A DNA stretch of 61,767 nucleotides, counting the filler, from Basidiobolus ranarum (taxonomy: Eukaryota), in assembly GCA_040143965.1 (NCBI GenBank). It is 20 parts of 20 records of this genome, joined end to end, with 100 filler letters (N's around TTAATTAATTAA, not from the genome) between each part and the next. Parts side by side here need not be neighbours in the genome. Positions count along the whole stretch, not along the records: positions 49,542 to 52,523 come from JASJQH010002811.1; positions 52,624 to 55,605 come from JASJQH010002812.1; positions 55,706 to 58,686 come from JASJQH010002813.1; positions 58,787 to 61,767 come from JASJQH010002814.1; 16 more parts are not named here. The stretch is one strand, 5' to 3'. Under the pieces are notes generated by a model. It was not told the DNA's origin, made no database searches, and was given only the letters and a program-made list of their open reading frames with translations. The position numbers and the translations under genes are program-made. Below are positions 49,542 to 61,767 of the stretch, piece by piece. How positions within the stretch are numbered: the first letter of the stretch is position 1; each line of letters starts with the position of its first letter.

Positions 49542-51919
49542 ATTTTTGAGCTGAAATTAGGCAATATGCTGTGCAACCAAAGATCCTGAGATGATCCACA
49601 CTTGGTTTTGATCCATATAGGGCTTCAAATGGAGTATTATTTTGTAGCAATATTGTTAGGCTTCTGCATTCAATTACCTTCTGGTTGTTGCCATCAAACA
49701 GTCCCTAGGCTTTAGTTCCATCACAGTAAACAAGAACTAAGCTATTTCTGCTTTTGGATTCCAATTCAGATTGTTTTGAGCTGTAATGAGGAAATATGCT
49801 ATGCAACCAAAGATCCTGAGATAATTCACACTTGGATTTGATATATGTAGCACTTGAAATGTAGTAGAATTTGACAGCTATGCTGTAAGGCATCTGTCTT
49901 TGATACAGACTGCAGTAGACACAGATTCAACCCACTAATAAAAATCTAACTTATAATCTTGTAACATTGATATAGCCATACCTATCTCCACTATGGTCTT
50001 ATTAGCATATTCTGCAACTCCATTTTGCTGTGAAGTATAAGGTACAGTAGTTTGTTGCTTAAGTTCATGTTTAGAAAAAAAACTAGCAGAGTCTTGAGAG
50101 CAGTATTCTCCGCAATTATCACTCCTTAGCACCCTTGTTTTTTGTGCTGATTCTTTCTTGACCACTGCTTTGTAGTGTTTGAATGTAGCTCAGGTTTTAG
50201 ATTTGATTTGGAAAAGAATACCCTGGTATATCTTGTTTTGTCAACAGTAAAGGTTATACAGTGCCTTTTCCCACCTAGTGAGACATTTTTCATGGGCCCA
50301 CATAGGTCAGAACAAATCAGGGCAACATTCTGAGTAGATGTAATATCTCCAGAGCTTACAAATTGCTGTCTGCAATATTTTCTATATATACGACCCCCAC
50401 ATAGATCCATTTGATTGATATTTGCAACTTCTAAACCTGAAACAAGCTGATTTTAGATTATTTGGGTAAGTATTTTCCCCAATGTGGCCTTATTTTCTAT
50501 GCCACATTTAAAAGCTTATTTCACCAGCTTTAGCCAAGTTTATATGCTCAGACTGCAATTTGTTGATTTGTAGCTTATATACATTATGAGTTTGAATCCC
50601 TGTGTCTAATATAGTATTATTCTGAGCTGTGATAGTGCATCCAGCCTGGCTGAACAGGAAATATAGTCTTTGAGTTGTTGCTTGGCTTACTGATAGTAAA
50701 TTCTTGGCTATATTTGGTACATAAAATGCATCATCTGTTTTTTCAGATGGCATAACTGCATTTTGGTCCAAGTTAAGCACTACTGTGCACTTACCAACTG
50801 CATCTAGTACATAGTTATCACCTAAGTAGACTTTCCTTGTTTGGATGAGTCTTAAGCTGGAAACCCAATCTCTCTTGTTTGACATATGTTGGGAAGCTCC
50901 TGAATCAATGTACCACATTACGGAGTATTTGTTAATGGTAACTGATAGGGCAGACACAAATAGATGATCCCTATTAGTGCTTATGTGATTTGCATGTTCC
51001 AATATTAGCTTTTTGGAAAAAATCCTTTTTCTACAATCTTTGATTAAATGGCCTGGTTCATTGCAATACTTGCAGATGATTTATCTCCTATTAGGGGCAC
51101 AATTATTGAAGCCTGTTGGATATTTTACATCTTCAAAAATGCTTGTTCAGCATTATTTTGCTGAAAATAGATCTCCTAAATTACTCATTCAAAAGCCTAG
51201 CAGCAACATTGTCCATTGTTAATGGCTCTGATCTTTATTCTGGGACAATTATGGTGTTCCTAAACTTGTCTGATTTTGGATGTTTTGGCTGATTATGTAC
51301 AGCTCATTTAAGAGTCTCTGAGATGTAGATAAAGTGTAGAGAGTGTTTACCTCTGCTTCTTGTGATATACACAGATAGCTTCTGGTGGTCCTCTTGGCTG
51401 GATTTCATCTCCAGTAACAAATCCCCAAAGGTCTTTGTTTTCTAGCACAATTTGCATCTTGAACTTCTAAGAGGAAAGCCTTTACTATCAAACTTCTCTG
51501 TGGATGCAAAAAAATTGGTTATGGTGCTGATGGATATTCCTTTAACAACCAGTTGGTGCTCATAACCTGATTAAAGTGTTTAGAGGGTTTGGAAGTGTTT
51601 TAGACAAGAACTGGATATTAGATTAGGCACTAAAGTTTTATTGAATTGAAGATGTCCTACTTATAGATTACTATGAAATTGGACTATTGGACATGTTTAG
51701 ATCATAACAAACATGCCTGTTAAGCATGAGTGAAAATTTGAGATGATTTGAAAAAGATTTGAGAAAATAGTGAAAATTGGTAAAAGTGATCTAATTGATA
51801 TTTCTATCAATTGGAGCAATAAACACTCATTGTTAAATTACAGGGATTGAGTGCTAAATAATCAGAATATGAATTAACTAATTGCCAAATTAAGGGTTGC
51901 TATTTACCAAATTTCAACA
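49542..51919 (-). mobile_element. Copia family A 5' part: LTR 51568-51919, PBS, deleted gag, protease, integrase (with a local duplication)
   Basis: PBS GGTTATGAGCACC; WYIDSGASQHM; SDLCGPM; LRSDNCGEY; QQNGVAE. The HLRIFGC block occurs twice (~49570 and ~49800). Confidence 0.92.
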
Positions 51920-52623
51920 GATGCTCCAAATCCATCCTGGCCAGGGCCTTTGCACAGTGAGCTTTGTATTTGCCAGAATAGAATTGCTTTTGATTGCCTT
52001 TGGACTAGTTGATTCTCACAGGAAATGTGTCAAGAATACATCTGATATGAACTCTAAATTGTTGCAATACCAGCATAGTACCATCACAAAACAGTCAGAA
52101 AATAGTATGAAATGCAAATTCAACTTTTTTGTTCAGGACTCAAAGGATGTTTAAGCCAGTATATTCTTTTGTCAGGCACCTGCATATTGTTCAACAGAAA
52201 GCTGGACATTGCATTGTGGTTTATCAATCCTTAAACATTTCTAAAGGCTTGATTTCCTTTTACAAAGACCCAAGAGACAAGAGACAGACCCATATTACAG
52301 TACATCCCAGAGTTTTTCAACCATGGTTAGCACACCCTTTGAACACCTCACAAAACCCTTTGGATATTACAGTTTTACTTGCTGCTTACATCCTAAAACA
52401 ACTATACTTGGCACCCATTGTGGGGGTTCAACTGAATCTCTGTGAAGACTTACAACAAGAAACACTACTACTACTGCAACCCATTAAACCTGTCAACCCC
52501 AATACTACCATTATGAGGATCCCNNNNNNNNNNNNNNNNNNNNNNNNNNNNNNNNNNNNNNNNNNNNTTAATTAATTAANNNNNNNNNNNNNNNNNNNNN
52601 NNNNNNNNNNNNNNNNNNNNNNN

Positions 52624-53047
52624 GCACATGTTGCATCTTGAATTTCCATTCATGGAAATCTTCCCCATTGAATGTTGGAATATTAGTAATCTGCTTTTGG
52701 GAAGAAGACTCTGGTTCACTTGCTGCTACCATGTTGCAGGATCTTGACATAATGGGGATAGACTTTGAGTATCAGAAGCAACTTATGATAGTGTGTTTTA
52801 GTTACTTTATTCTTGAGAGTATATGGTTACTTATATAGTAGAAAGTAAATCAATTATTTGAGATATTCAGGAGTTTGTGTAATAAGATATAATAGATAGG
52901 TGGAGGTAATAAGACATACTTGTTATATAGATATAGAGATGTTCCTAATTAAAATTTAGGGGCTATAAATATGTTGCTTTCCATTTCTGAAATATGTATC
53001 ATAACTAAAGTTAACTATGATGCTGAATAAAGATTAATTATCCAACA
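52624..53047 (-). mobile_element. Copia family C: 262-bp LTR (52786-53047) and gag start
   Basis: LTR TGTTGGA...CTATCA; gag IPTFNGEDFHEWKFKMQ. Other LTR pieces at 40283-40397 and 58787-58862. Confidence 0.8.
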
Positions 53048-53429
53048 GAAACCTTGATGATAGAAGATCAACAAGTGGGTACACTTTACTGTATGACAAT
53101 GGGGCTATCACTTGAAATGGTAGGAAGCAACCAACTATAGCACTTTCCGCTACAGAAGCAGAGTATATGACTCCCTCTGCAGCTACATGAGGAGCCATGT
53201 GGTTAATAAAGCTATTTACAGACTTAGGATACATGCAAAAGCATGCTATTACCGTATATGAGCATACCAAAGTTGTATCTCATTAGCCAAAAGCCATATA
53301 TTTCATGCTAGAACAAAACATGTAGATATTAGGCATTGTTTTGTTAGAGAAACAGAAGAGAATGATATTATCAAACTTGTCTATTGCTCTACTGAAAAAA
53401 TGATTGCCAACATTTTAACCAAACCTTTA
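53048..53429 (+). mobile_element. Copia family-A RNase H fragment (target of the Copia-C and Tc1 insertions)
   Basis: LDDRRSTSGY...[15 protein letters not shown]...HARTKHVDIR...MIANILTKPL. Confidence 0.88.
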
Positions 53430-54620
53430 CAGATGGGATTATTAATGATTTGTCAAAAATTAATTGCAAAAATAAGCACAATAAATACTCACTTTTCATG
53501 CTTGACTTTCTCATGAACAACATGGACTAACTTCCTAGAATTTTTTGTATAACAAGTTATTCATGTGAATTTATATAAAATAAAAAAAATATTCAATTCA
53601 ATATTTTTTTCATTGCCCCTAGTGTCTATGCCTGCCTAGCACAATCTCCCCATACTGGCCACTAATCCCAAAGCATACTCACTTGTCATGTTTTCCCAAA
53701 CTTTGGTTATAGCTTTCTTCAAGCTTTCAGAGACTTAAATGCTTTTAGGCTATGCAACTCATGAGACAGCTCACTTCAAACATGCTCAATTGGACTCAGA
53801 TCTGGGCTCTGAGGTGGCCAGTTCTCTAAAATTTGCAAGGAGTTACTGCTCTCCCACCACTTTGCATAACCACCTGTATGACAAGGCACATTGTCTTTCT
53901 GGAAGGTGTACTATCTACCTGCAGAATGTGGTAACTCATTGTACCATGGAAGGCATCATTGCAATAAACAATCAATGGACAAATCTTGGTTCATGATGAC
54001 ATCAACAAAAACTAATAGGCCATAGCCACCAGCCCAAAAACAAGACCAAATCATTAAACTGCCCCCATCAAACTTGATAGTTCTTAGGAGGTGACAGCTC
54101 TCATTATGTTTGCCTTCCTTTCTCAAAACCTTTGGCTTGCATTGTTGCCAAACATGCAAAATTTTGATTCATCAGACCAGATTATTGTGCCCCATTGTCC
54201 ATTGGTCCAGTTGACATGTTTTTTGGCTGATATGTATCTTTTTTTTGTATATCAGAGAGCTTAAGCTTGCTTGCAGGAGAGGAATACTTGAACCCCAACT
54301 GCTTGATCCATTCTTTGATGGTTGAGTGACAAACAGTTATACCCATCAGCAGAGTTTGTCTCTAATCATGTTAATTGTCTGAAAAGGATCTTTTCTGATT
54401 ATGCACTCCAAATGGTGCTTTATATACTTGTCAAAGGTAGATGGTCTTATCTTGCTCTTCCCTGCCAAAGTGGTACCAGTTTCAGCTATTCTACTACTTG
54501 CACTTTGCTCAGTTGTGGACTTCATTTCAATCATGGTTGAAATATCATGCTGACTGATTCCAAGCTGCTGCAAGTAGAAAATCATGGTCTATTTCATTTT
54601 TTTACTACTTGTTCTGATCT
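53430..54620 (-). mobile_element. Tc1/mariner transposon, degenerate
   Basis: IIWSDESK, GGSLMIWSCF, WPPQSPDLSPIEHV; the end TA|CAGATGGG at 53428-53437 fits a TA target. Confidence 0.9.
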
Positions 54621-54667
54621 GAAAGTTTGAATAGAACTGACACCTCACAAATAGCTGACTTCTATTA

Positions 54668-55605
54668 CCATTCACATTGAGAGTAAGCTCTGGAATTTTG
54701 GCAAATTTCCATAAAGAATTGAGCTGAAATATCTCAATTTGCAGTCAACACATGTCCTGCCACAAGTAGATGTGTCATTGCTTGAATGCATTACCCCATG
54801 GCTAAAACAATAATACTGCAAATGTTAATCTACCTCATCAAGAAGTTTGTCTTGCAGCTTTCCTAGAAGTACCATCAGATTACCACCCAAACAAATTAGT
54901 TCAAATTATAGAGTTATTTACTACCCTATCAAAAATAAAATCAATTTAATCCAGATTAGATCAACCCATTTAGATTGCAATACCATCAGAGAGCCATCAC
55001 ATTACAGGTGGCTTGCATTCTGCCAGGGATCTTGATGGTGTGATGGTGGTTTCTTGATGGTATTTTAACAGTACTCATACATGTTAAAATATTTTTCCTC
55101 ATATTTCGCATGCATTATTTAATTTCTGGCAATTTTCACAAAAATCTGATTTTCAATGGCACATTACTGTGCTTACTACTGTGGGAATTTGAATTAATAT
55201 GAATGCCTTTATTTAGCTATTTTAGGCTTTGTATTCCAGCCGTAATGAGAATCAAAAAATACAAGACTCTTGTTTTGTTTAGTCTCTACTTATACACATA
55301 CTTGACTGATTAGTCATAACTAACCAACATCAATATGTTTTACCAGCAAACTAACGGTGTAAAATTGCTAAACATCTGAAATTTTGAATAGCACTGACAC
55401 TTGGCAAATAGCTGACTCTTGTTACCATTCACAATGAGAATAAGCTCTTGGATTTTGGCAAATTTCCATAAGGAATTCAGCCAATATATCCCCAACTTGC
55501 AGTCAACAAATGTCCTGCCACAAGTAGATGTGTCATTGCTTGAATAGATTACCCCATGGCTAAAACAATAATACTGCATATCTCCATCTATCTCACCAAG
55601 AAGTC
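54668..55605 (-). mobile_element. Two nested 3' fragments of the CACTA-type element (TIR at 54924)
   Basis: Both match 34806-35560. Confidence 0.8.
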
Positions 55606-55759
55606 NNNNNNNNNNNNNNNNNNNNNNNNNNNNNNNNNNNNNNNNNNNNTTAATTAATTAANNNNNNNNNNNNNNNNNNNNNNNNNNNNNNNNNNNNNNN
55701 NNNNNCGGCACAATTTGGCACTATCCAGCACCCTCTGGCATGATCAATTTCAATCATGT

Positions 55760-58196
55760 TTACTCTAATATATTGATCCAAGGTCTGATAAATCCTGGCA
55801 CAATGGAACAAGTCCAATGGTGAGCTTTGGTGGAGATATTGATACAAACTTGTGTTGGGTATGACTTAAACCTTGGGTATGAAGAACTCTATAAAAATCT
55901 TCAGGAGAATATATCAAAGAGACTAGTTATTTTGAAGGTGACAAATTAGCATTCAAGCAGTGATTGTGTAAAATGTGAGTTATGTTTTTTGCACATGTGT
56001 GGATCCATAGTTCTCTGAGATTGTAGCCAATTATGCGCAACTATTTTGTCAGATCTCTTCAGTTTCACTTCAGAAACTGAAAAAATTGATTAAAATCAAA
56101 TCTAACTTGATGATTTTATGATGGTAAGTAAACAGTCAATCCCAAATGGATTAAAGTTGTGATGGATTTCCTACTATAACAATCCTCAAATTTCTGTTAG
56201 GGATTACTTACTCCAGTATATAGTGGAAAACTTGATATCCATGAGCCACTTGAAATAGGATTAAAGTATGATTTGATTAAGAAAATGCTTGAAACATTAA
56301 GATACCATTATATTTTACCAGGACTCCCATCAATATCCACTAATCTAGGCACTTATCCAAATGCAAAGACTGGAAGTATTGGATTTGTATGTATTCAAGT
56401 AGAATCTTGAAACAATTTCTGCCTGACAAGTATTGCAACATTGGGAGTTGTTTGTGGATATTGCTAATATATTCTTATGGCATCAACTCACATTGGCACA
56501 TCTCTGGCAGAAACAGCAACTGTGCAAAGATTGTGTAATTGGATAAGATTTGCTTTATTACAGGTTTAAAGAAAATAGACTTAATCTACGCCAGTCTTCA
56601 ATACATTCCCTGCTGCATCTTTCACAATACTCAGAGGTTATAGGCCTTAGCTATATATTTTGGGAGTTTGCAATGGAGTGAACCTGTAGTGGGCTGAGGA
56701 GTCCAGAGTTTATTAACCTTTCAGCAAAGGGCTCTTTTCAATGTGCTCATGGGTTTTTGCATTGTTTGAGCATGATAAGAGCAACAAACCCCAATCCATG
56801 GACACACAAAAAGTACCTCTATAATTCAGGCTAAGTTGTTTGTGTGATAATCTGATGGTACTTCTAGGAAAGCTGCAAGATAGACTTCTTGGTGAGATAG
56901 ATCAAGCCATGCAGAATCATTGCTGTAGCCATGAGGTAATTCATTCAAGCAATGACACATCTACTTGTGGCAGGACATTTGTTGACTGCAAGTCAGGGAT
57001 ATATTGGCTGAGTTCTTTATGAAAATTTGCTAAAATCCACAAGCTTATTTGCATTGTTAACAGTAACAAGAGTCAGCTATTTGCCAAGTGTCAGTGCTGT
57101 TCAAAATTTAGGATGCTTAGCAATTTTTCCATCATTAGTTTGCTGGTGAAGCACATTGATGTTGCTGAGTTATGTCAGATCAGTTCAGTATGTGCCTATG
57201 TAGAGACTGAACAGAACTAGATTCTTGTATTTTTTGATTCTCATTAAGGCTGGAATACAAAGCTAAAAATATCTAAATAAAGGCATGCATGTTAATTCAA
57301 ATTCCTACAACAGTAAACCCAGCAGTTTGCTATCCAAAATAAGATTTTTGTGAAAATTGCAAGATATTAAAAAACACATGTGAAATATGAGGATCAATAT
57401 TTTAACATGTATGAATATTGTCAAAAAACCACCATCACACCATCAAAATCCCTGGCAGAATGCAAGCCTCCAATATTGTGACAGTTCTCTTACAGTTTTG
57501 CAATTAAGGCGGGTGGATCTGATCTAGACAAAATTGATTTCATTTGGTTAGGGTTTAGCTATGGGGTAACCTATTCAAGCAATGACACATCTACTTGTGG
57601 GAGGACATTTGTTGACTGCAAGTTGGGGATATTTTGGCTGAATTCTTTATGGAAATTTGTCAAAATCCAAGAGCTTACTTGCATTGTCAACAGTATCAAG
57701 AGTCAGCTATTGGGCAAGTGTCAGAGCTAATCAAAATTTCAGATGTTTAGTAATTTTTCCACCATTAGTTTGCTAGGAAAGCATATTGATGTTGTTGAGT
57801 TATTTCTGATCAGTCAAGTATGTACATATGTAGAGACTAAACATAACAAGATTCTTGTATTTTTTGATTCTCATTATGCATGGAATACAAAGCCTAAAAT
57901 ATCTAAATACAGGCATGCATAGTAATTCAAATACCTGCAGTAGTAAACCTACTAATTTGCCATTCAAAAATTAGATTTTTGCAAATATTGCCAGAAATTA
58001 TATAATGCATGCCAAATATGAGGATCAATATTTTAACATGTATGCATAACATCAAATTACCATCAAGAAACCACCATGACACCATCAAAATCCCTGGCAG
58101 AATACAAGCCACCAATATTGTGATGGCTCTCTAATGGGGTTGCAATGCAGAAGGCATGATCCAAACTGGATCAAATTGATTATATTTTTGTTAGGG
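55760..58196. mobile_element. CACTA-type cluster: left end (-, to 56202), 3' half (+, 56260-57553), second 3' end (+, 57554-58196)
   Basis: Three TTAGGG termini at 56202, 57553 and 58196; interiors match the other copies. Confidence 0.82.
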
Positions 58197-58410
58197 CTAC
58201 TGCTGTAGCAATATCAGGCTTAGTCCCAGTTGTAGCATGTATGAGACTTCCAACTGGACTATGGAAAGGAATAGGTTTCATGATTTCAATATCCTCAGAG
58301 ATCTTTAGTTCTGTATCCTTAGTCAGCCTCAGCATACATAGTGGATTTGAAGTTGATTTATATTCTGACATATTTAGTCTGTTTAAAACATCTCCAATAT
58401 ATTTTTTGTC
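58197..58410 (-). mobile_element. Copia RT C-terminal fragment
   Basis: PFHSPVGSLIHATTGTKPDIATAV resembles the consensus PYxSxVGSLMYxxxxTRPDIxxAV. Confidence 0.75.
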
Positions 58411-59589
58411 ATCCTACACATAGTGTATTTCCACCCAGACCTTCCAAGGAAGGTCCCTTGATCATCCTTACATCATTCTTAAATTATCCCTCTTTCTATT
58501 GGTCCTAATCATCCCCAAAACCCCAACTCTCAAACTTGCCACAGTATATTCCCTATTCAGTATATTATGTTTCAACTGCAATATCTATATAAGCCCCATG
58601 TATTCCTTGATCAGACCTCAGTCTGATCAATGCCAGTTATCAATAAAGATTCTTGCCAAAGTATCTTCCTTGTCCAGTCTTGTCTTNNNNNNNNNNNNNN
58701 NNNNNNNNNNNNNNNNNNNNNNNNNNNNNNTTAATTAATTAANNNNNNNNNNNNNNNNNNNNNNNNNNNNNNNNNNNNNNNNNNNNCATTGCCTTCTGTT
58801 TCTTATCTATGTCTCATAACTAAAGTTAACTATGATGTTGAATAAAGATTAATTATCCAACAGAATTCCATTACATTCAATCACCAACTCAACATGGCCT
58901 CACCTACCAGTACTCTAAGTCTCAACATTCTTGATAATGCCAGAGCAGCCTATGAAAACATATCCCAACAACTCTGGAAACTTATGTCTGAGAAAGATGC
59001 ATAATTTTGGGAAAATATGGGCTGTTTGGAGGAACTTTAGAAAAGTGGAGTTGTGAATAGCTTTGTGAGATAATTATTTATTGTCCAGCAATAAAGCATT
59101 TATACTTTTTGGTGGAAATACAGAAAACTGACACTGGGGTTGTGTTCAGAACATCAGTGGGAGTAAAATGAGCTATCTTTGGGGCAATTTGGATGAGTTT
59201 GAAATTTCTAATATGGAATTGCTAATTCTCACATTATTCACCTATATATAAAATATATGTTCCAATTTTCAGCTAAGTGATATTTGACTAAGTAATGTTA
59301 AATAACTTATTTGTGATATATGAAATAGTTAGGTGTATAAAGATAGAGATAATAAATATGATAAAGACAATAAACTTCAACATATATATTTTGGAGTATA
59401 CTTCCCTTCTTCAATCAAGAGCTGATGAAGTGTAAAGGCAAGACCTACAGGAAGTCATTGCTTCTGAAAAGGAAGAAATCACTATTCTTAAGGAATGTCT
59501 CCAAGATCATGCTGAAACAATTCTCAACATGGAGAATCCTCCAACCTTCACCCTGCCTGCATCAAGAACCACTCTCACATCTGCTACAA

Positions 59590-61662
59590 GTAATAGAACC
59601 CATCCAAACAAGAAAAGTCTATTTTGGTGGAGATCAAGTAGTAGATGCAGTTGGTAAGGGCACAGTTGTACTCAATATAGACTTAAATTTGGCTACACCA
59701 TCTGAAAAATTTTATGATGTACTCTATGTACCAAATATAGCCAAAATTCTACTCTCAGTAAGCCAAGCAACAACTCTGGGACTAAATGTTGTGTTCAGCA
59801 AGCCTGGAGACACTAATATAGAATATACTGATACTAAATTAGCTACTGGGATCAAAACTCAAAACTTATACAAGCTGGAAATCAACAAATTCCATTCTGA
59901 GCACACACACTTGGCAAAAACCAGTAAGATAAGCAGCCATGAATGGTGTAGAAAATTAGGCCATGTTGAGGAACAAAAACTGACCCCAATAAGCCAAATT
60001 CAGCTTGTTTCAGGCTTAGATATTCAAAAAATCACCAAATTGGATCTGTTTGAAGTTTGCATACAGAAAACATCACAGACAGTTGTTTTCAAGATCTGGA
60101 GATATCAAAGCCACTCAGAAACTTGCCCTGACTCATTATGACCTATGTGGGCCCATGTGAAACATCTCACTAAGTTGTAAAGGTACTTTATGAGCTTTAT
60201 TGATGACAAAACAAGATAAACTTTGGTATACTTTCCCTTATCAAAATATGAAGTCTTAACCACATCTAAGCACCACAAAGCAGTGGTCAAGAAAGAATCA
60301 GCACAAAAACTCAGGGTACTAAGGAGTGATAATGGTGGAGAATACTGCTCTAAAGACTTTGTTAGTTTTTGCTCTACATATTGAATTACATAACAAACCA
60401 CTGTACCTTCTACTCCCTGGCAAATTTGAGTTGGCCAATGTGCTAATAGAACCATATTAGTGATTATTAGATCAATGCTCTGCAATTGCCACTTGGATCA
60501 ACAATGTTGGGCAGAATCTGGCTCCACTGCAATCTATAACACCAACAGATGCCCAATAAGATTGCTACAAATTTCACTCCATTTGAAGCCCTGTCTGGAT
60601 AAAAATCAAGTGAAGTTCATCTCAGGAACTTTGGTTGCTCAGCATTTTTCCTAATTGCAGCTCAAATATTCTCCAAATTGACGCCTAAAAGCAGTAAAGG
60701 CCAATTTTTTGCATACTATGATGAATTAAAGGCCTACAGACTGTTTGATACCAAAAGTCAGAAGATTATTACTTGTAAAGAAGCAATTTTTGATCAAAAA
60801 GCTCAGTTTTAATTCCAAACAAATACAATGAGCACTATTCAGGAGGTGTCTGACAAAATTCCAGCTGTATGGAATCACTATTCAGCCCAAATTCTAACCC
60901 CAACTTAATGAGAAGATGGTTCATGACCCAGCAGATCATTCAGAAGAAGAAATAAGCCTGGGATTAGTGGAACACTACTAATGATGATGTCTATGCTTAT
61001 GCAGCATTAAGTGACATTTCATAGACACTATATCAAGCTCTACAGTGTCTAGAATCAAAATTATGGAAAAATGCAATTTCTATTAAGTTTTCTTAAATTC
61101 AGAACAATAAATGTGGGTCCTGATTCCTTTACCATCAGTAAAAGAGCCATTGGGTTGAAGATGGGTCTTCAAAGTCAAAAACAAGTTGATGAATCCATAG
61201 AAGGACATAAAGCAATATTTGTTGCAAAACCTTATCTCCAGACTCCAGGAGTTGATCTTGGTGAAACTTTTGCTTGAGTAGTTAAGTTTAGCTTCAGTAC
61301 AGGAATGCTGGTACTCTCCACCATCCACAACCTTGGTTTACATCAAATGGACTTAAAACAGCCTTTGTGAGAGGAAATCTAAAAGAAAAGATTGATATGG
61401 AGCAATCAGATAGATTTGTTGACACAAGGCACCTTGATATTGTCTGTAAACTGCAAAATTGCTATTTGAACTCAAGCAAGTATCTAAGGCATGGGACAAC
61501 AAGATAGATATGCATTTGGAATCACTGGAATTCCAAAATTACACAGCAGATCACACAATTTACAACAAAACCACTGGAAATAGGATCCTCTACTGGGCAC
61601 AATATATGGATAACTTGATCATAGCCACAAATGATCTAGAAGCACTTAATTCAACAAAAAGC
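59590..61662 (+). mobile_element. Copia family-A internal region (protease, integrase, RT), degenerate
   Basis: DVLYVPNIAK.LLSVSQ, LRSDNGGEY, HKA.FVAK.Y.Q.PGVD..ETFA, YMDNLII; many stops. Confidence 0.88.
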
Positions 61663-61767
61663 TGTTAAAGTATTTGGGAGCCTGTTGGAAGTGGTTTGGA
61701 GAATTAGAGGAATTGGTGGTTTTCACTTATTGATTTATTGAGTAGAAAGTTGACATTTATAGTTTTG
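61663..61767 (-). mobile_element. Copia family-B LTR end inserted into the family-A RT
   Basis: TGTTAAAGTATTTGGGAGCCTGTTG, as at 20749, 30713 and 31773. Confidence 0.85.

Overview
This is not a contiguous locus. It is 20 unrelated ~3 kb contigs, sorted by decreasing length (3007 to 2981 bp) and joined by artificial 100-bp linkers (N44-TTAATTAATTAA-N44), so nothing can be inferred across a linker. The DNA is from a repeat-rich, intron-rich fungus. An early-diverging lineage (Zoopagomycota/Mucoromycota-like) is my inference and is not verified. Recognisable host genes: asparagine synthetase (5' part), an Osh/ORP oxysterol-binding protein with a FFAT motif (3' part), a disrupted MSH2 copy truncated at Walker A, a short-tailed histone H2B (5' part) and a single-pass membrane protein (3' end). 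Most of the rest is nested, CpG-depleted transposon debris: three Ty1/Copia families (two with half-tRNAiMet primer sites), a CACTA/CMC-type element with CCCTAA...TTAGGG ends that can be rebuilt across contigs, a Tc1, a DDE_Tnp_4 (ISL2-like) transposase and a possible KDZ remnant. Two items stand out. (1) A tandem array of secreted precursors with a signal peptide, acidic Gln/Glu 26-aa repeats, an RPRR site and a Lys/Tyr-rich cationic C-terminal peptide; that peptide has 10 synonymous and 0 replacement differences between paralogs. (2) A mitochondrial atp6 fragment fused in frame to an array of about 80 His-periodic 12-aa Ser/Thr repeats, where it could act as a signal peptide; this may also be an assembly chimera.
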